From Octopus bimaculoides (Eukaryota): a stretch of 64,000 nucleotides of DNA. The notes under the pieces were generated by a model. The model was not told the origin of the DNA, did not search any database, and worked only from the letters and a program-made list of their open reading frames with translations. Below, in pieces: positions 1 to 11,900 of the stretch (position 1 is the first letter of the stretch; the number at the start of each line of letters is the position of its first letter). A program made the translations under genes and the position numbers. The stretch spans positions 109,936,160-110,000,159 of the forward strand of contig NC_068981.1 of assembly GCF_001194135.2 (NCBI RefSeq), read 5' to 3'.

Positions 1-1485
1 AGCTGCAGGAGAAATACCTAGCCAAAGATAAACCTCTGTACCTGGCTTTCGTTGACATGGAGAAAGCCTTTGACAGGGTCCCCTGACCCCTTATCTGGTG
101 GTCAATGAGGAAACTAGGGATAGAAGATTGGTTAGTGAGAGATGTGCGAGCCATGTACAGAGACGCTGTCAGTAAGGTGAAGGTTGGCAACGAGTACAAT
201 GAAGAATTCTGGGTAGAAGTAGGGGTCCACTAAGGTTCAGTCATCAGCCCCCTCCTATTCATCATAGTCCTCCAAGCAATAACAGAGGAATTCAAGACAG
301 GATGCTCCTGGGAGCTCCTCTATGTTGATGACCTTGGACAAAACACAAACCTCTTCAGGTAGATGGCTCTGCTCGATCTGTAGAAAAGGCATAGGTAGAA
401 ACTCTATAAGATGTACCCAGTGTAAGCTATGGACACATAAGAGGTACATAAATATCAAAGGAGGCTAACTAGGAAGTTAGTTTTTGCATGTGGCAGATGT
501 TCAGGAGCAATAAACACTGAAAATGTGAAGAAAACAACTTCTGCCACATTCCAGGGAGAAAAACTAGAGGTAGTTGATAGCTTCCGTTAACTAGGTGACC
601 AAGTTAGTAGTGGGGGAGGATGCGCTGAAAGTGTAGCTGCTAGAACAAGAATAGCCTGGGCAAAGTTCAGAGAGCTCTTACCTCTGCTGGTGACAAAGGG
701 CCTCTCGCTCAGAGTAAAAGGCAGACTGTATGACGCATGTGTACGAACAGCCATGCTACATGGCAGTGAAACATGGGCCGTGACTGCTGAGGACATGCGT
801 AAGCTTGCAAGGAATGATGCCAGTATGCTCCAATGGATGTGTAATGTCAGTGTGTATACTCAACAGAGTGTAAGTACTTAGAAAGATAAGTTGAACCTAA
901 GAAGCATCAGTTGTGGTGTGCAAGAGAAACGATTGCGCTGGTATGGTCATGTGGTAAGAATGGATGAGGATAGCTGTGTGAAAAAGTGCCACACCTTAGC
1001 AGTTGAGGGAACCTGTGGAAGAGGTAGACCCAGGAAGACTTGGGATGAGGTGGTGAAGCATGANNNNNNNNNNTGTGTGAAAAAGTGCCACACCTTAGCA
1101 GTTGAGGGAACCTGTGGAAGAGGTAGACCCAGGAAGACTTGGGATGAGGTGGTGAAGCATGACCTTCGAACATTAGGCCTCACCGAGGCAATGACTTGTG
1201 ACCGAGACCTTTGGAAATATACTGTGCGTAAGAAGACCCGGCAAGCCAAGCGAAACCATAATCCGAGGCCTCTGCCAGGGGTGTAACCAGCCCACTTATG
1301 CATACCTTTCCTTCATTGGACACTAAACTCCGCTTTCGAAGACCTGTTGAGCCAAGTGAAATCAAAATCGAAACAAATTCGACGACTGGCACCCAGTCCT
1401 CAGTCATATCGTCCAACCCATGCTAGCATGGAAGGCGGACGTTAAATGATGATGATGCTGATGATGATGATGATGATGATGATGA
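1..1485 (+). mobile_element. RTE-clade LINE, decayed 3' half (RT, PHD-like insert, thumb, 3' UTR, (GAT)n tail)
   Basis: Manual translation from base 3: LQEKYLAKDKPLYLAFVDMEKAFDRVP...GVH*GSVISPLLF...LYVDDL, later VDSFR*LG, MLHGSETW, RLRWYGHVVRM, GRGRPRKTW. In-frame stops, a deletion after YVDDL, and a GAT tail at 1447-1485. Confidence 0.93.
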
Positions 1486-1774
1486 AAAAATTATAGCTAT
1501 GTTAATTTTTAAAATGTTTTTTTTATCTTCATGATCAGTGTTTAATAACAATAGCAATGTATGTAACCATTGGAGGCTGTTTTTAAGATAGTATTCATAA
1601 AGTAGAGATTGTCATTCCAAGTTTTGATGACACAAACATTAAAATATTGCAAAATACAATTCCAGTATATTGATTAAATGTCTTTTACACATTTCTATTG
1701 AAATGATTTCTTCTATTAGCATAAAGCTGCAAATAGCAGGACAGAAGTATAATAGAGTGACTTGAACTTAATAC

Positions 1775-1939
1775 TTAGTTGGTAGTAATTTTATAAACTG
1801 TGGTTGAATGAAAGGAATTGAAGGGGTTGAGCTGACAATGTTGAGGGGCAGTAATCTTAAATAATGGTAGTCTTTTAATCTGATCAACTGTTTCTGCCAG
1901 TTCGTTGCCTACTTCTAATCCAAACAATGGTACATTGAT
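1775..1939 (-). CDS. Candidate terminal exon INVPLFGLEVGNELAETVDQIKRLPLFKITAPQHCQLNPFNSFHSTTVYKITTN*
   Basis: Acceptor cttttcag, 54 open codons, then TAA. An internal donor GAA|gtaggc could shorten it. Confidence 0.65.
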   Translation of the reverse strand: MNVPLFGLEVGNELAETVDQIKRLPLFKITAPQHCQLNPFNSFHSTTVYKITTN

Positions 1940-2943
1940 CTGAAAAGCTAATAACTTGTCATTAAATGAGCATATTTTTTTTATTGACATCTAAGCCACA
2001 CCAGAAACTTAATTCTAAATATGTCATTTACTATGTGAAATACAAGCTCTTCAAGTTTAGCAGTTTATAATAATTACATATCAGTCTGTGGTAGTTCAGG
2101 AAGAAAAATATATAAATGCATCTGAAACAAGAGTTGGAATCATTTGAAAGAAACATCACATTAAAGTAAGTCTAATATATTCAATTCACACACACACACA
2201 CTAATGAAAATCTTTCTGCCTGCATGCATATACGTAATTGAATTCATGTGTGAGTGACGGGGAATGTAAATATATTGTATGCTAGTATATAAAATGACGT
2301 TAGATATAAAAGGGGAAAAGAAACAAGAATTTATTAATAAATTAAAGTTAAATTAGAACGTTGATAAGCATTAAGTGTTTCTTTTAGTGTTAATGTTCTA
2401 CATGCTTTTTTACATGTCATCATGGGTGGAATGGTTTTGTTTGTGATAATTGCTTTTACAGTTAGGTATTTTTCTTATCATTAACTACTCAATGCCAAAG
2501 TTAGAGAGGAACCCACTTTGTTGAAGGCAAAGTGAGGTTGTGTATGTAGTGTAAAGTGGCAATATGCTGAAGGTATAATGCCAGCTTGGTTATTTTCTGA
2601 GCTATTTCACTTCATTTACTTTTTGCATTCACAATTTCAGACTATGCAATTGGAGATATTATGGGGTTCTATCAGGCTGATCTATATTTGATAAATCTGA
2701 AGACAAAGTCTTCAGTGGGTTATGGGACTGAGAATTATAATTACAAACTGTTTTAAGGAACATTACATGTTTAGTAAAGTTTGATCTGATAACAACGGCA
2801 TAACAGTAGTTATGTGTTTTAAAAGAGTAGCCTGGGCCTATTAACACTATCTATCTTCTTACCAACAACATAGAAAAAAATCAGTTCTAACAAACAATAC
2901 ACATAACAAAATATATATATAAATATAATGCACACTCTCTCTT

Positions 2944-2981
<38 letters not shown>

Positions 2982-5900
2982 ACATACACACAAATTAGAA
3001 AAATACTACACATTACATGCAGCACCTCTGCAACATTCATTTACATCAAATATGGAAATCATAGTGATAAAGCAAAATGATATATAAATTGCATTAACAG
3101 TACTCACTAGTTCTATATTTGGTTAATGCAAAGAAACAACAAAACAAATCTATTATATCAGTCCTGCCAATAGTCCCAGTTGAAGGGGACATAGACAAGA
3201 ATGACATTTTACATTAGTGTACAAAAGAAAACAAAAAGAGTACATTTCCTATATCATACACTGTAAATAAACCACAAACTATCTCCACACTTCTACATGT
3301 GCAAAATGAAGAACCTAGACATGCAAGGAGTACAGTCTGTTACTATATATGTTAACAATCTTTGTCACTACATATGACCTGGTGTGTCAAACATAAACCT
3401 TGAGGCAAGGCTTAATCCATCCCTGGCACAATTTTATATAAATAAAAGAACTGTTTATTTCAACCTATGAAAAAGAAGTTTATGAATCAATATACTAAAA
3501 GCTGTGACTGATTTCCTCTTCCCTTTGTCTACACTCAGAACCATGCTAATAGCTTAAGAGTGAAATTTAGGATTTCACAGTTTTCTGTGAATCGATTTTG
3601 ACAAAACTTTTCCCAGCTGGTTTGCACACTCTGGCAACACCATTGCTATATTTTGATTATTCTGTGTAACGTCCTTTCTTTTTTTTATTTTAGTTTCTTC
3701 AGTTTTTGGGTGAACCACACTAATAGCTTTTGAATGAAATTAGACCATCTAGACATTTTTTTCGAGAAAATGAAGGGTAATGATACATATTAAGTATACA
3801 TTGAGTATATATTTAACAGAAAACCATAATAATATTATAACATTTATTGACATAATGAATTATTTAGCTGCATGAGCGCCAAGGAAGAAATGATCCGATT
3901 GTGGGACCTCCAAGACTGTGACAACTAGGGATTTAAGGAATATGGCTGCAAGTTGCGTGAGAAACCGGGACAAACAAGAAAAAACATTATCACCACCTCT
4001 GGACTTTCTCACATACCGAAAACCACCAGAAATCACATCCTTGGAACCATGGCTTCCGTGTGAGAACCCCTGAAACTGCTTCTTTACAGGAGTTTGAGGC
4101 TTCAATGTGCATGATGTTAAATATGAGTTGTGTTCTGTTCACTGACAACACCAGGGCGACCCTTGACGAATCTGACAGTTGGGAATAATGGTTGGGTCTA
4201 TTTTGGAGATGAGCGTCACCAATGTTTATGATGTCAACAACAGGGTGGAGGAGTCATGTTGTGGGCTGATATTTTTGGGGACAGACTTGTTGGCCCAGTC
4301 AGGGTGCCTGAAGAGGTTAAAGTGACTGTAGCTGCCTACTGCAATCTCCTGAAGGAGGTCTTGGGATCTCAGGCTAGATGACATACTGCTGTCACTTCTA
4401 CGGAATCTCATATTCATGCATGACAAAGCTCCCTCCCACTCTGCGAGGATCACCCAAAGATTCCTAGGGTCTTATGGCATACTAGGTGAAAGGTTGATGG
4501 TGTGGCTACTATCATCTCTGGATCTCAACCCTTTTGAAAATCTTTGGTCCATCATTAAACAAGATGTTTATGCTGATGGACACCAATTTATGTTGAAAGG
4601 TGTCTTATGGGTAACCATCAAAGCTGCAGCAGAGGCAGTCCAACCTGCTACTATTAAAAAGTTAACAGATACCATGATTAATAGGGTTTTTGAAGTTATC
4701 CGTCAAAATGATGCTCATTATGTCAATAAATGTTATAATATTATTATCGTTTTCTGTTAAATATATACTCAGTGTATGCTTAATATGTATCATTACCCTG
4801 GCCTATTTTCATTCAAAAGCTATTAGCATGGTTCACCCCAAAACTGAAGAAGCTGAAATAAAAAAAGAAAGGATGTCACACAGAATAATCAAAACATAAC
4901 AATGGTGTTACCATAATGTGCAGACCAGCTGGGAAAAGTTTTGTCAAAATTGATTACAGAAAACTGAGAAATCCTAAATTTCACTCCTAAGCTATTAATG
5001 TGGTTCTGGATGTATATACAACAAGCCAAACAAAAGTCTTATACTTTTTCAAATTTACATACACATTCATCTGAATGGATTCTATTGGTATTAACAGTAC
5101 TGTAAAGTTTTGTAACTGAAACAATGCAAATTTTCTATTTAGTACCAGGCCTCTCAATGTATGCATTTATTTTATATTTTTGTTCATACTCCTAGAACTC
5201 TATAGGACAGTATATATAGCAAATGGATGAATCTTTCCTACACATCACTGTATACAAACTTTCCTAACACTGCATTTTTTCCCCCTTTCTTTAGTGCTCA
5301 TATTGCTGCTACAATGTATATTATTCATTCACCTACATTATGAAAAGAGATTTTGAGAATAATTGTCTCAAAGTGGTCTGCAAGATCTAGTTTATGTTTC
5401 AATCTAACCTGGAAAGCCAAATAAGTTTGACACTACTGATCTACAATATCATAGAGACAAATGATAATTTTCCAATAGCTGTGTTTGGATGTAGCCTGCC
5501 AATGATAGAAAAACAACCAAGATGTCTAGTCTATCAAATATTTTACGCTAGATGTGTTTTGTATGGTTCTCTACTTGGATCATAATTCCTCAAATTAACT
5601 ACACCCATCAAAATCCCCTTACATAGTAGTTGGCAAATGTGTTTGTATTAAGAGAAGAAAAGCAAAATGAAACAAGTCAAAGGATTCACTGTGACAAGTA
5701 TTACCTACTTGACCAAAAAGTTAACAAACAATCTAACAGGTATTTAATGTAGAACAGTATAAAATGTAACTGAAAAGATGACTAACCATTTTATTTGTAT
5801 TCTGTTTTAAATGTCATGTCATAAAACAGTATTTAACCTGTCTATGTCTACTTCACTGAAAATAAACTGCCAAAATTTGGACAGTTTGGTGATAGGGTTT

Positions 5901-8900
5901 GAAAACTGCCAAGTTTGTCTCTTATTTAATAAACTTAAGAAAGCTAACATTAAACATGTTGTTAAAACAGGAAAGCTAACATTAAACATGTTGTTAAAAC
6001 AGGAAATCTAAAATGACAACATTTAGGATGACATTACAGTAAATAACAGTTGAACTATAGAAGACTGTAACATGGAAAAATAATATAAATAATCTTAGTA
6101 TAGTTAACTGTTACATGCTAGTGAGTATGGCTTAATAACATGTACCCTGCTTTCACTAGTTATTCTAAGTGCCTAAGTTGAGTTGCAAACGAACATGAAC
6201 ACCTACTTAGCCCCCTCACACTTGACACAGTGGAGCATTTATGGTGTCATAGATGGAGAGACAGATGTACCAGCATGTAGTTAATACTCGTTACAGTTGA
6301 ATGGATAGGAGTAATGTGAAATGAAGTACCTTGCTCAAGGACACAACAAACCTCTTGGTTCAGAAACTGAATCTGCAATCTTATGAACATGAGTTAAACA
6401 CTCCTAACCGCTAGATCAGGCACCTCTACAGAAGAGGAGAGCACTAGGTTAAAGGGTATGTAGTGTTGCTTACTAAGTTGAAATTACTTCAAGACTGGAA
6501 TGATGCTTATACAGATAAGTTCATCTCATTAAAAAAAAACAAAAAAACAAATCAACAGTAGAATACTAAAACTAAATATGAAATAAGATAATTTAGCCTG
6601 ACTGAAGAATTTCAAGTTCATGAAGATTGATAAACCCAAGTTTAGTTGGACACTAAGGGTAAATAAAATATAACTTCTAAGTGTACTTAGGTAGCTTACA
6701 AAGTAAGAATTTGTGGCATTCTGAAGTGAGACTAGTTTTAGATGTAATTTACCATTTACAAGTATGTGAGTAGGATAGTATCACAGCTAGGATTTCATCT
6801 AAGTTAATTTTGTATTCAAATCATTTAAAAATTATAATTGAAACAAGTTTAAATTAATTGGATAATATCAAATGGGTCATCAAAATTCACAAGATTAAGA
6901 AGGAATTTCCTAAACACACATATGAAACTTTCAAACAAAGTTGATCTCAAGCTACAACTACATTATATTAGAATGAACAGAATAGATATCAAATTACATT
7001 CAAAGAAAATATTTCCAATGAAAATATCACACAAAAAATACATGGATAAATAAAAAATATCATCTGAGCTAAACAGTTTACTAACCCTTGAGATATACTC
7101 TTTCATACAAGCATTAATAAAAACTAAATCAGTTTAGACATTCAGACTAAAATACTTTCCTTTTAGAAATTTAAAAAATTTAGGTAGGCCTGAAGACAAA
7201 AAATAATTGGTTGAGATTAAGAGTACAATGTTTCTATAAGTGAGTTAGCCTTTTCCCATGAAAATTAAAAAGGAAATCTGAGTAGTCAGCTTATGTAAAA
7301 GTCATTCAACAAACTTAGCATACAGTGTGTGCATGTGTATATGACTGTAGGAACCAGGTTACAAACCAATACCTGAAGATTTTGTGTAACTAGCCAAGAG
7401 ACCAACTGTATGCGTTAGTGGATTGGTGAAAATGTAAATGGTATCTTCTGTATATAATTTTATTTAGATTTAGGGTGTCTTATAGGAATATTAAATTAAC
7501 CCCAATACTTCAATGATACTTTATTTTGTCAACCTGGAGGGATGAAAATGTAAACTTGATCTCAGGAGGATTTGAACTCAGAATGTAAAGGGCCACAACT
7601 GAATATCATAAGGCATTATGACTGATTCTTTAACAATTTGACCAATCTAAAGCAGCTAATGCAACAGGTAGGTCATACTGAATATGGCAATAGACACCTT
7701 TAATCATATATAGAAGGGTCTTCCATGAAACTGATGAGGGAGGATTTGGTGATGTGGTAACAAGTTGAACTGCATTCTTTCAATTGTGTTGAAAATTGAA
7801 GTAGTGTGCAGTAGAATATGGAATTTTTCCTCTGACAGTGGGGAAAAAAAAATCTTGACCATTCCTCAGTTTTGATATTTTATCTAGAACTGCTCAAGTA
7901 ATGTTCGGATTTATTTTATTCAGCTATTAATCTCCAAATATTTTTGTCAGGGCAGTCAGAGTGGCAATAATGGTGCAACAATTTGTAAATGAGTACTCTA
8001 TGATCAGAATATACTTTTGTTGAGAGATAGCTATTTCTCTTCCAGAGAACATGGCTGAATATTGAGCATTATAGTACTTCACTTACTTTCAGCCATGCTG
8101 TTTGAAATATTTTTATTGTGGCTTGAAAACACGGAACAAAGCACGAACATTGATGTTAATGTTCATCATATTAAATAAATCAAGGCATTTTCATATACAG
8201 AGATATATACAAAGCATAAAGAAATATATATTTATACATACATGTTTATACACATACATGCATGCAAACATACACATACATAAATCAGAAACAGATTCAT
8301 GGCAAATAGTAATTTACACTGGAACAATATCAGACAATACTTATTTACTGAAATTCCATGTCATCTCTAACAGAATTAAGATTTACATTGATATTTCAAT
8401 TTCAATATGGAAAAGTAAATATTGCCATACCAGTTCCTCAGACTGAAATAAAAATGAAACAGCAAAAACTTATAGGTAACTGTTACTTTTTATGGTATAA
8501 AATAAATATATTAACTCTACACTTTGTACTGAATGCTACATCAAATAATGCTTAATCACTGCATAGCAAATATTCATACAGTGTGGCTGTATGTGTGTGT
8601 GTGTGTGTGTGCATGCATATATGTATATGATTCCATCCCTAACTAAAATTAGATGGTGGATTTGAAGTAAACAAGACAGCTTGCTGAGTGCCACGAACCA
8701 AATCTGTGGCTTTCAGACCTAGGGTAACATGGTGGTGGAACAATACCGTAGACAGGGCCATTAGAGCAAAGAAACAGGTCTGGAAGAGTGGGCTTAGAGA
8801 ATGTATCAGATAGCCAAAAGGGAAGCTAGGAGACAGGTATACAAAGCCAAGCGAGTAGCAGAAAAGAAGTTTGCCAATGTTCAGTGATGTGAGGACCAAA

Positions 8901-11900
8901 GAACTGAAGTATTTCGGATTGCAAGACAGTGTGTGAGAGAAAACCGTGATGTCATAGGAAACAAATAAAAGGTGCAGCAATATCAAAGGAAGTTTAACCG
9001 GGAAGACAGTTTTTGTGTGTGGCAGATGCACAGGGGCAATAAACAGTGAAGATGTACAGAAAACAGATTCCATCACATGCTAGGGGGAGAAACTAGAATT
9101 AGTTAATAGCTTCCGCTACCTAGGCAATAAAGTCTGTAGTGGGGATGGTTGCTCTGAGAGGGTAGCGGCTAGAATAAGAATAGCCTGAGCAAAGTTCAGG
9201 GAGCTTCTACCTCTCCTGACAACTAAGGGCCTCTTGCTCAGAATGAAAGGTAGACTGCATGATGTATGTGTGCGAACTGCCATGCTACATGGCAGTGAAA
9301 CATGGACCATGACTGCTGAGGACATGCGTAAGCTTGAAAGAAATGAAGCTAGTATGATCCACTGGATTTGTAATGTCAGTGTGCATACACGACAGAATGT
9401 AAGCGCCCTGAGAGAAAAGTTGGGCATAAGAAGCATCAAATGTGGTATGCAAGAGAGACGACTGCACTGGTATGGTCATATGTTATGTATGGATGAGGAC
9501 AGCTGTGTGAGGAAGTGCCACTCCCTAACTGTGGAAGAGGTAGACCCAGGACAACATGGAATGAGGTGATGAAGCATGACCTTCGAACATTGGGACTCAC
9601 AGATGCAATAACAGGAGACCAAGACCTTTGGAGATATGCCATGATTGAGAAGACCTGGCAACTAAAGTGAGATCGCAGTCATGCCTGTCTGGCCCAATTA
9701 AGAGTACCCCTGATGCATTGGGCGATATGATATACTTGAGAAGACCTGTTGAGTGAAGTAAAACCAATATCGTAGCTGTGGCCAGTGCCCCCTGACTGGC
9801 TCCCGTGCTGGCGGAACATAAAAAATCACCATCCAAATGTGGTCGATGCCAGGTCTGTCTGACTGGCTCCTGTGCTGATGGCATGTAAAAAGCAACATCC
9901 AAATGTGGCTGATGCCAGTACCCCTTGACTGGCTCCTGTGCCAATGGCATGTATAGAGCACTATCCAAGCGTGATTGATGCCAGGACCACCTGACGGCTC
10001 CCATGCCGGTGGCATGTAAAAAGCACCATCCAAACCTGGCCAATGCCAGTACCCCCTGATTGGCTCCCATGCCAGTGGCATGTAAAAAGCACCATCTGAA
10101 CATGGCCCATGGCAGTACCCCTTGACTGGCCCCCATGCCGGGGGCACGTAAAAAGCACTATCCAAATGTGATCGATGCCAGGCTCACCTGACTGGCTCCT
10201 GTGCCAGTGGCATGTAAAAAGCACCCACTACACCCTTGGAATGGTTAGGGTTAAGAAGGGCATCCAGCTGTAGAAATATTGCCATATCAGCTGCTGGCTT
10301 TCCAGACCTCAGTCAAACCATCCAACCCATGCCAGCATGGAAAACAGACATTAAACGATAATGATAATGATGAACTGGTTGTTATCAGTACAGAAGTTAT
10401 GTATCCTTTATTCATGTTATCATCTCTTGTAGAGTAAGTATGGCAGCATAGTCACTATCCTTGCTGCTGCACTAAGACAGCAATGAAGAGGTGACAATGC
10501 AATGAGAATCAACATTAACTTGCAGCCAGTTGTTTTTTTCAAGGAGAGTGAGAAAACAACTGTGAGTATATAAACAAAGAGCTGGTAATACCCAGACGTC
10601 TGCATGATGCTAAAGTCTGGAAGATGCAGGTTGATTTCAGGAAATCAATTGTATTCCAAAGTTATATTGCAATAATAGTTAAATACCTTGACCTTGATAA
10701 TAAAGCAAAGTGATACATAAATTATACCTTGGCTCAATCTAACAAGATAGACTCACACCACATACAAACATGCTGATTATTGAGATGGTGATGCCTTAGA
10801 AGGCAATATGGAGCAAGTTCTGTGAATAGAAGAGCCTAAAATATGGAGAACTTAGGGAGCCATGTGCTGTATAAGAATGGAAGCGTATGCACACTCAACA
10901 GAGCCAGTATTGTTATGGGTTTGTAGGTTAATCCACAATTCTAATGTCACATGAATTATTCCAAACTTTGTGTTTTGTATAATACAAATACTCTGACATC
11001 TTGGATATGAAATGTCATAACAAAAATCAATGTTGGCTATAATTTCTATAGAATATCTGTAGAGATAACCATAACAAGTAATAAATACAGATTACCATGA
11101 TTGTTATTCATATATCTTCTGTAATGAACTTTATTTTATGCCAGGTGTTGAAAGGCTAAAGTATGATAGAGGAACAAGCCAAAGTGTTTTGCTATAGAGG
11201 AGGTGCATGGCTGAAGAAGATAAAAGGAAGATAGAGATGGAGTGCAAAAGTAAACTCTCAAAATGCAAGAAGATAAGCATGAAAGGATACAAAAAGTGCA
11301 TCATGAGAGGAGTGAGGTAGTGAGTGGAGACTTCCACAGGAATGTGCCCTGTCCCCACCACTCATCTGTCCCTCATCTATGGTACTACTCAGGTACTGTA
11401 ATCACCTAAGAGCAGAATTGGCACATATTGCATTCCCTCCTCTTCCTAACTAACGGTCTCCCACATATCTCATCATCCTTTCCCAAACTATTTCAACTAA
11501 TCACCTCTTTTCTGTGCTTTCAATCACTGCTCTCTCTTTCTCTCCCACTTCAGCTATACTCCATTCTAAATACCTCTCTGATCTGCTATCACTCTCAATG
11601 CCCTACTATATCTACCATCATGACCCATCCTCTTATTATAGCCTCTCATGTATCCTTACATCTCTCGCTCCACTGCTCCTACATCTTCTACTTACTTTCT
11701 ATTCTACTCTCCTTCTTGAGCCCTTCCTATATCTCCAACCTTTCCCATTTACATACTGGTATTTCCCATCATCTGTACCTCTACCTTTGCTCATCACCCA
11801 CTACATTAATTACTGCCTCCACCTGTTTATTCCCCAATCACATTCCTATGAAAGCATCTACATACTCTCATCCCCTCATATGATTCACCATCCATGTCCT

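Noticed and set aside
975-1162. Apparent 89-bp tandem duplication in the RTE ORF
   Set aside because: Identical copies flank a 10-N gap, typical of unmerged contig overlap.
9781-10228. CRISPR-like regular repeats and the ORFs 9597-10224 over them
   Set aside because: Units are contiguous and diverged with no unique spacers and no cas genes, and they sit in a LINE 3' UTR. The ORFs are by-products of the 66-bp period.
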